Shown in pieces: positions 28,716-32,000 of a stretch of 32,000 nt of DNA. This DNA comes from Micrococcus luteus NCTC 2665 (GTDB lineage: Bacteria; Actinomycetota; Actinomycetes; Actinomycetales; Micrococcaceae), in NCBI RefSeq assembly GCF_000023205.1, contig NC_012803.1, forward strand, positions 1,440,001 through 1,472,000. The letters run 5' to 3'. Under the pieces are notes generated by a model that saw nothing but the letters and a program-made list of their open reading frames with translations, was not told the origin of the DNA and searched no databases. Each line of letters starts with the position of its first letter. Position 1 is the first letter of the stretch. A program made the translations under genes and the position numbers.

Positions 28716-28750
28716 GCCGGCCCGCCACCCCGTCGAGGTGGCGGGCCGGC
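28716..28750. terminator. Bidirectional stem-loop between the convergent LLM oxidoreductase and glnE genes
   Basis: GCCGGCCCGCCACC ccgtcga GGTGGCGGGCCGGC, a 14-bp perfect stem with a 7-nt loop. Confidence 0.55.
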
Positions 28751-28755
28751 GTCGT

Positions 28756-31700
28756 TCAGAGCCCGTAGAACCGGGTCTCGAACACCTGACGGGCCAGGCG
28801 GGTCACCCGCAGGTAGCGCTCCTCGAGCTCCCCGCCGGCCGTGCCCACTCCGCTGAGGCGGGCCACGGCCTCGAGGTCGCGCATGTTCGTGGGCAGCACG
28901 TCCGAGACCTTGCCCGTCCACAGCAGCAGGGCGGCGCGGATCCGGGTGGCCAGCAGCCAGGCCTCCTCGAGGACGGCGACCTCGGACTCGGGCAGCAGGT
29001 CGTGCCGGGCGATCGCCCGCAGCGCCGGCAGCGTGCCGGTCACGCGCAGGTCCTCGATCTGACCGGCGTGCTTGAGCTGCAGCGACTGCACGAGCCACTC
29101 GACGTCCGAGAGCCCCCCGCGCCCGAGCTTGACGTGGCGCGCCGGATCCGCCCCGCGGGGCAGCCGCTCGGCCTCCACGCGGGCCTTGATCCGGCGGATC
29201 TCCCGGGCGTCGGCGGCCGAGAGGTCCTGCGCATAGCGGACGCCGTCGGCCCAGCGTCGGAAGTCGGTGGCCAGGTCGTCGTCGCCGGCCAGGGGGCGGG
29301 CGCGCAGCAGCGCCTGCCGCTCCCACACCTCGGCCCAGCGGCCGTAGTACTCCCGGTACGAGTCCAGGGTGCGCACCAGGGGCCCCTGGCGTCCCTCGGG
29401 GCGCAGGTCGGCGTCCACCTCGAGCCGCCGCTCCCCGGGCAGCGGCGGCGCGGCGGGCTTCTGCAGGAGGGCCATGAGCATGCGGACGACCTCCTCGGCC
29501 TGCTCGCGCGCCCGCTCCTCGTCCGCGCCGGGGCGGGGCCGATGCACGAACAGGGCGTCCAGGTCCGAGCCGTAGGTGATCTCCCGCCCGCCCTGGCGGC
29601 CCATCGCCACCACGAGCACGTCGGTGAAAGGCTCGGCGTCCCCGACGACGGCCCGCCACGCCACCCGCAGGGCGCCGACCACCGTCACCTGGTCGATGTC
29701 CGCGAGCGCGCTGCAGACGGATTCCAGGTCCAGCAGGCCGGACATGTCGGCCAGGGCGACACGCAGCGTCTCGCTGCGCCGCACCTGCCGCACGTGGCGC
29801 ACGGCCGCGGGGGCCTCCTCCGCGGCCACGCGGCGGTCGAGCCGCGCGTCGACCTGGCGCCAGAGCTGTATGGCGCCCCGGGGGTCGAGCTCCCGGTCGT
29901 CCCCCACCCAGGCCACGGCCTCGGGCGAGTGCTCGAGCAGGTCCCCCACGAACCGGGAGCCGGACAGGACCAGGCACAGCCGCCGGGCGGCATCCGAGGA
30001 GTCGCGGAGCATCCGCAGATACCAGGCCGTGCCGCCCAGCGACTCGGAGAGCCGGCGGAAGGCGAGCAGGCCGCCGTCGGGGTCGGCGCCCCGCGCGAAC
30101 CACCCGAGCATGGCCGGCAGCAGCTGCCGCTGGACCGCGGCCCGGCGCGAGACGCCCTGCGTGAGGGCCTCGATGTGCCGCAGGGCGCCCTGCGGGTCGC
30201 GGTAGCCCAGCGCCGCCAGGCGGTCGCGGACGGCCTCCGCGGACAGCCGCACGTCCTCGGCGGACAGGGCGGCCGTCGTCGACAGCAGCGGCCGGTAGAA
30301 CACGGTCTCGTGGAGACCGCGCACGGCGCGGCGCACGCGCGTGAACTCGGCCTGCAGGTCCTCGCCGGTGGCGGGGCCCCGGTCCGCGGCGCCGCGCATC
30401 GACCGGGCGACGACGCGGCGGGCCTCCTCCTTGACCGGCATCAGGTGGGTGCGCCGCAGGTGCACGAGTTGGATGCGGTGCTCGAGGGTGCGCAGCCAGC
30501 GGTAGTGCTCGTCGAACGCCCGCGCGTCGCGCGGGGTGACGTAGGAGGCGGCGTGCAGCGCCCGCACCGCCTCGAGCGTGCCGCGCACCCGCAGCGACTC
30601 GTCCGCGCGGCCGTGCACGAGCTGGAGCAGCTGGGCCGTGAACTCGACGTCGCGCAGGCCGCCGGGCCCGAGCTTGATCTCCCGCTCGCGCTCCGCAGGG
30701 GCGAGGGTGTCCAGGACCCGGGCGCGCATGGCCCGGACGGACTCGACGAACCCGTCGCGCGAAGAGGACTCCCACACCCGGGGCCAGATCTCCGCGATGT
30801 AGCGCTCGCCGAGCTGTGGCGAGCCCGCGATGGGGCGGGCCTTGAGCAGGGCCTGGAACTCCCAGCCGTGGGCCCAGCGGCGGTAGTACTCGGCGTGGGA
30901 CTCCACGGTGCGGCTCAGGGCGCCGTCCTTGCCCTCGGGACGCAGGTTGGCGTCCACTTCCCACAGTCCCGGCTCGGGGGCCGCGCCCTGGATCACGCGG
31001 CCGATGCCCGCGGCCAGCTCGGCCGCGAGCGCGGCGGCGCGCGGCCCGTCCGGGACCTCGGCGTCGGAGTCCGCGCCGTCCACGGCCTCGCGGACGGCGT
31101 GCGCGAACACGACGTCCACGTCCGAGACGTAGTTGAGCTCCCCGGCGCCGCACTTGCCCATGCCGATCACGGCGAGGTCCAGGCGGTCCACCACCGAGCC
31201 CTCCCGCTCGGTGAGGACGGCCCGCGAGACGGCGAGCGCCGCGTCCACGGTGGCGCCGGCCAGGTCCGCGAGCCAGCGGCCCACCGAGGGCATGGCCGCC
31301 GTGGGCTCGGCGGAGTCGAGGTCGCGCAGGGCGATCGCGGCCAGCTGGCGACGGTAGGCGCGGCGCAGGGCGACGGCGGCGTCCTTGCCGGTGACGGCGG
31401 CGATGGGGCGGTCGGCGTCCGGGTCGGCTCCCACCGAGTCCAGGAGCAGGCGGCGCAGGGTGGCGGACGCATCACCCCAGGGCTCGCCGTCGGCGGGGTC
31501 GGGCTGGGCGAGGGCGGGCGCGGTGGCGGCGGCCGCGTCCGGGTCGAGGACGAGGTCCAGGTGCTCGGGACGGCGGATGAGGAACTCGCCGAGGGCCTCG
31601 GAGGCGCCGAGAAGTCGCAGCAGGCGGGCCGTCGTCTCGGGGTCCCGGAGGGCGTGGTGGACGCGGGGCTCACGCTCGGCCAGGCGCACCCACAGCAGCA

Positions 31701-31881
31701 GGGCCCGGTCGGGATCGGCGGCGTGGCCGAGGAGCTCGACGAGGGGACGCACGTCCACGCCCTCGAACTCGGGCGAGGTGAGCAGCGTCTGCACGCGACC
31801 GGCGTCGGCGACGCCGGCGTGCGCGAGGGTGCGGCGGTCCGGGACGGCGGGCAGCGCACCGGTGGCGGGCAGGGAGGACAC
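28756..31881 (-). CDS. glnE: Bifunctional glutamine synthetase adenylyltransferase / adenylyl-removing enzyme
   Basis: Two nucleotidyltransferase domains: [21 protein letters not shown] and [22 protein letters not shown]. Each is followed by a GlnE-type helical domain (e.g. RLRPEG... and [19 protein letters not shown]). Start chosen at GTG 31881, 11 nt after the glnA2 stop. The frame is open to 31956, which would overlap glnA2. Confidence 0.9.
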   Translation of the reverse strand: MSSLPATGALPAVPDRRTLAHAGVADAGRVQTLLTSPEFEGVDVRPLVELLGHAADPDRALLLWVRLAEREPRVHHALRDPETTARLLRLLGASEALGEFLIRRPEHLDLVLDPDAAAATAPALAQPDPADGEPWGDASATLRRLLLDSVGADPDADRPIAAVTGKDAAVALRRAYRRQLAAIALRDLDSAEPTAAMPSVGRWLADLAGATVDAALAVSRAVLTEREGSVVDRLDLAVIGMGKCGAGELNYVSDVDVVFAHAVREAVDGADSDAEVPDGPRAAALAAELAAGIGRVIQGAAPEPGLWEVDANLRPEGKDGALSRTVESHAEYYRRWAHGWEFQALLKARPIAGSPQLGERYIAEIWPRVWESSSRDGFVESVRAMRARVLDTLAPAEREREIKLGPGGLRDVEFTAQLLQLVHGRADESLRVRGTLEAVRALHAASYVTPRDARAFDEHYRWLRTLEHRIQLVHLRRTHLMPVKEEARRVVARSMRGAADRGPATGEDLQAEFTRVRRAVRGLHETVFYRPLLSTTAALSAEDVRLSAEAVRDRLAALGYRDPQGALRHIEALTQGVSRRAAVQRQLLPAMLGWFARGADPDGGLLAFRRLSESLGGTAWYLRMLRDSSDAARRLCLVLSGSRFVGDLLEHSPEAVAWVGDDRELDPRGAIQLWRQVDARLDRRVAAEEAPAAVRHVRQVRRSETLRVALADMSGLLDLESVCSALADIDQVTVVGALRVAWRAVVGDAEPFTDVLVVAMGRQGGREITYGSDLDALFVHRPRPGADEERAREQAEEVVRMLMALLQKPAAPPLPGERRLEVDADLRPEGRQGPLVRTLDSYREYYGRWAEVWERQALLRARPLAGDDDLATDFRRWADGVRYAQDLSAADAREIRRIKARVEAERLPRGADPARHVKLGRGGLSDVEWLVQSLQLKHAGQIEDLRVTGTLPALRAIARHDLLPESEVAVLEEAWLLATRIRAALLLWTGKVSDVLPTNMRDLEAVARLSGVGTAGGELEERYLRVTRLARQVFETRFYGL

Positions 31882-31892
31882 GGGCGCCCGTC

Positions 31893-32000
31893 TCAGAGGC
31901 CGGAGAGGTAGCGGCGGAGCTCGTACGGGGTGACCTCCACGCGGTAGTCGTCCCATTCCTGCCGCTTGTTGCGCAGGAGTGCGTCGAAGACGTGCTCGCC
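31893..32000 (-). CDS. glnA2: Glutamine synthetase paralogue (GlnA2-type). Only the C-terminal 35 codons are present; the 5' part lies right of the window.
   Basis: Reverse translation of 31893-32000 gives GEHVFDALLRNKRQEWDDYRVEVTPYELRRYLSGL*, a GS C-terminal helix (GEHVF...FL.NKR.EW..YR..VT..E). The glnA1/glnE/glnA2 arrangement is the conserved actinobacterial layout. Confidence 0.75.
   Translation of the reverse strand, partial: GEHVFDALLRNKRQEWDDYRVEVTPYELRRYLSGL

Overview
This is a very high-G+C (by eye over 70%) actinobacterial chromosomal segment. Gene content and order look Micrococcaceae-like. My best guess is a Micrococcus luteus relative, inferred from the fused OleB::OleC gene and the synteny.

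Gene order, left to right:
- cydD (partial), cydB and cydA on the minus strand: cytochrome bd oxidase plus its ABC exporter.
- Divergent from these, a three-gene oleA-oleBC-oleD long-chain olefin cluster.
- A 32-bp tandem plus inverted repeat array filling the convergent gap after oleD.
- A type IIA topoisomerase B subunit (parE-like).
- A 69-aa CxxC...CxHH protein.
- The principal sigma factor (sigA/rpoD), with a roughly 200-aa basic then acidic low-complexity N-terminus.
- DUF4192 and PAC2 genes.
- The conserved actinobacterial core block: pepA, lpdA, sucB, a small 4-TM protein, an atypical Ser/Thr kinase (minus strand), lipB, lipA, DUF4191, RDD, glnA1, an LLM oxidoreductase, glnE and glnA2 (partial).

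Genes are separated at every convergent junction by long perfect GC-rich hairpins. I saw no rRNA, tRNA, CRISPR, transposase, integrase or recognisable defence genes.

I do not find a convincing undescribed multi-gene system. The most distinctive elements are:
- the ole cluster, which is already described in Micrococcus;
- the unexplained repeat array at 8736-8956;
- a kinase with a non-canonical catalytic loop (HGDVSPAN) inserted between sucB and lipB.

The many long ORFs antisense to or overlapping these genes in the ORF track are high-GC artefacts.
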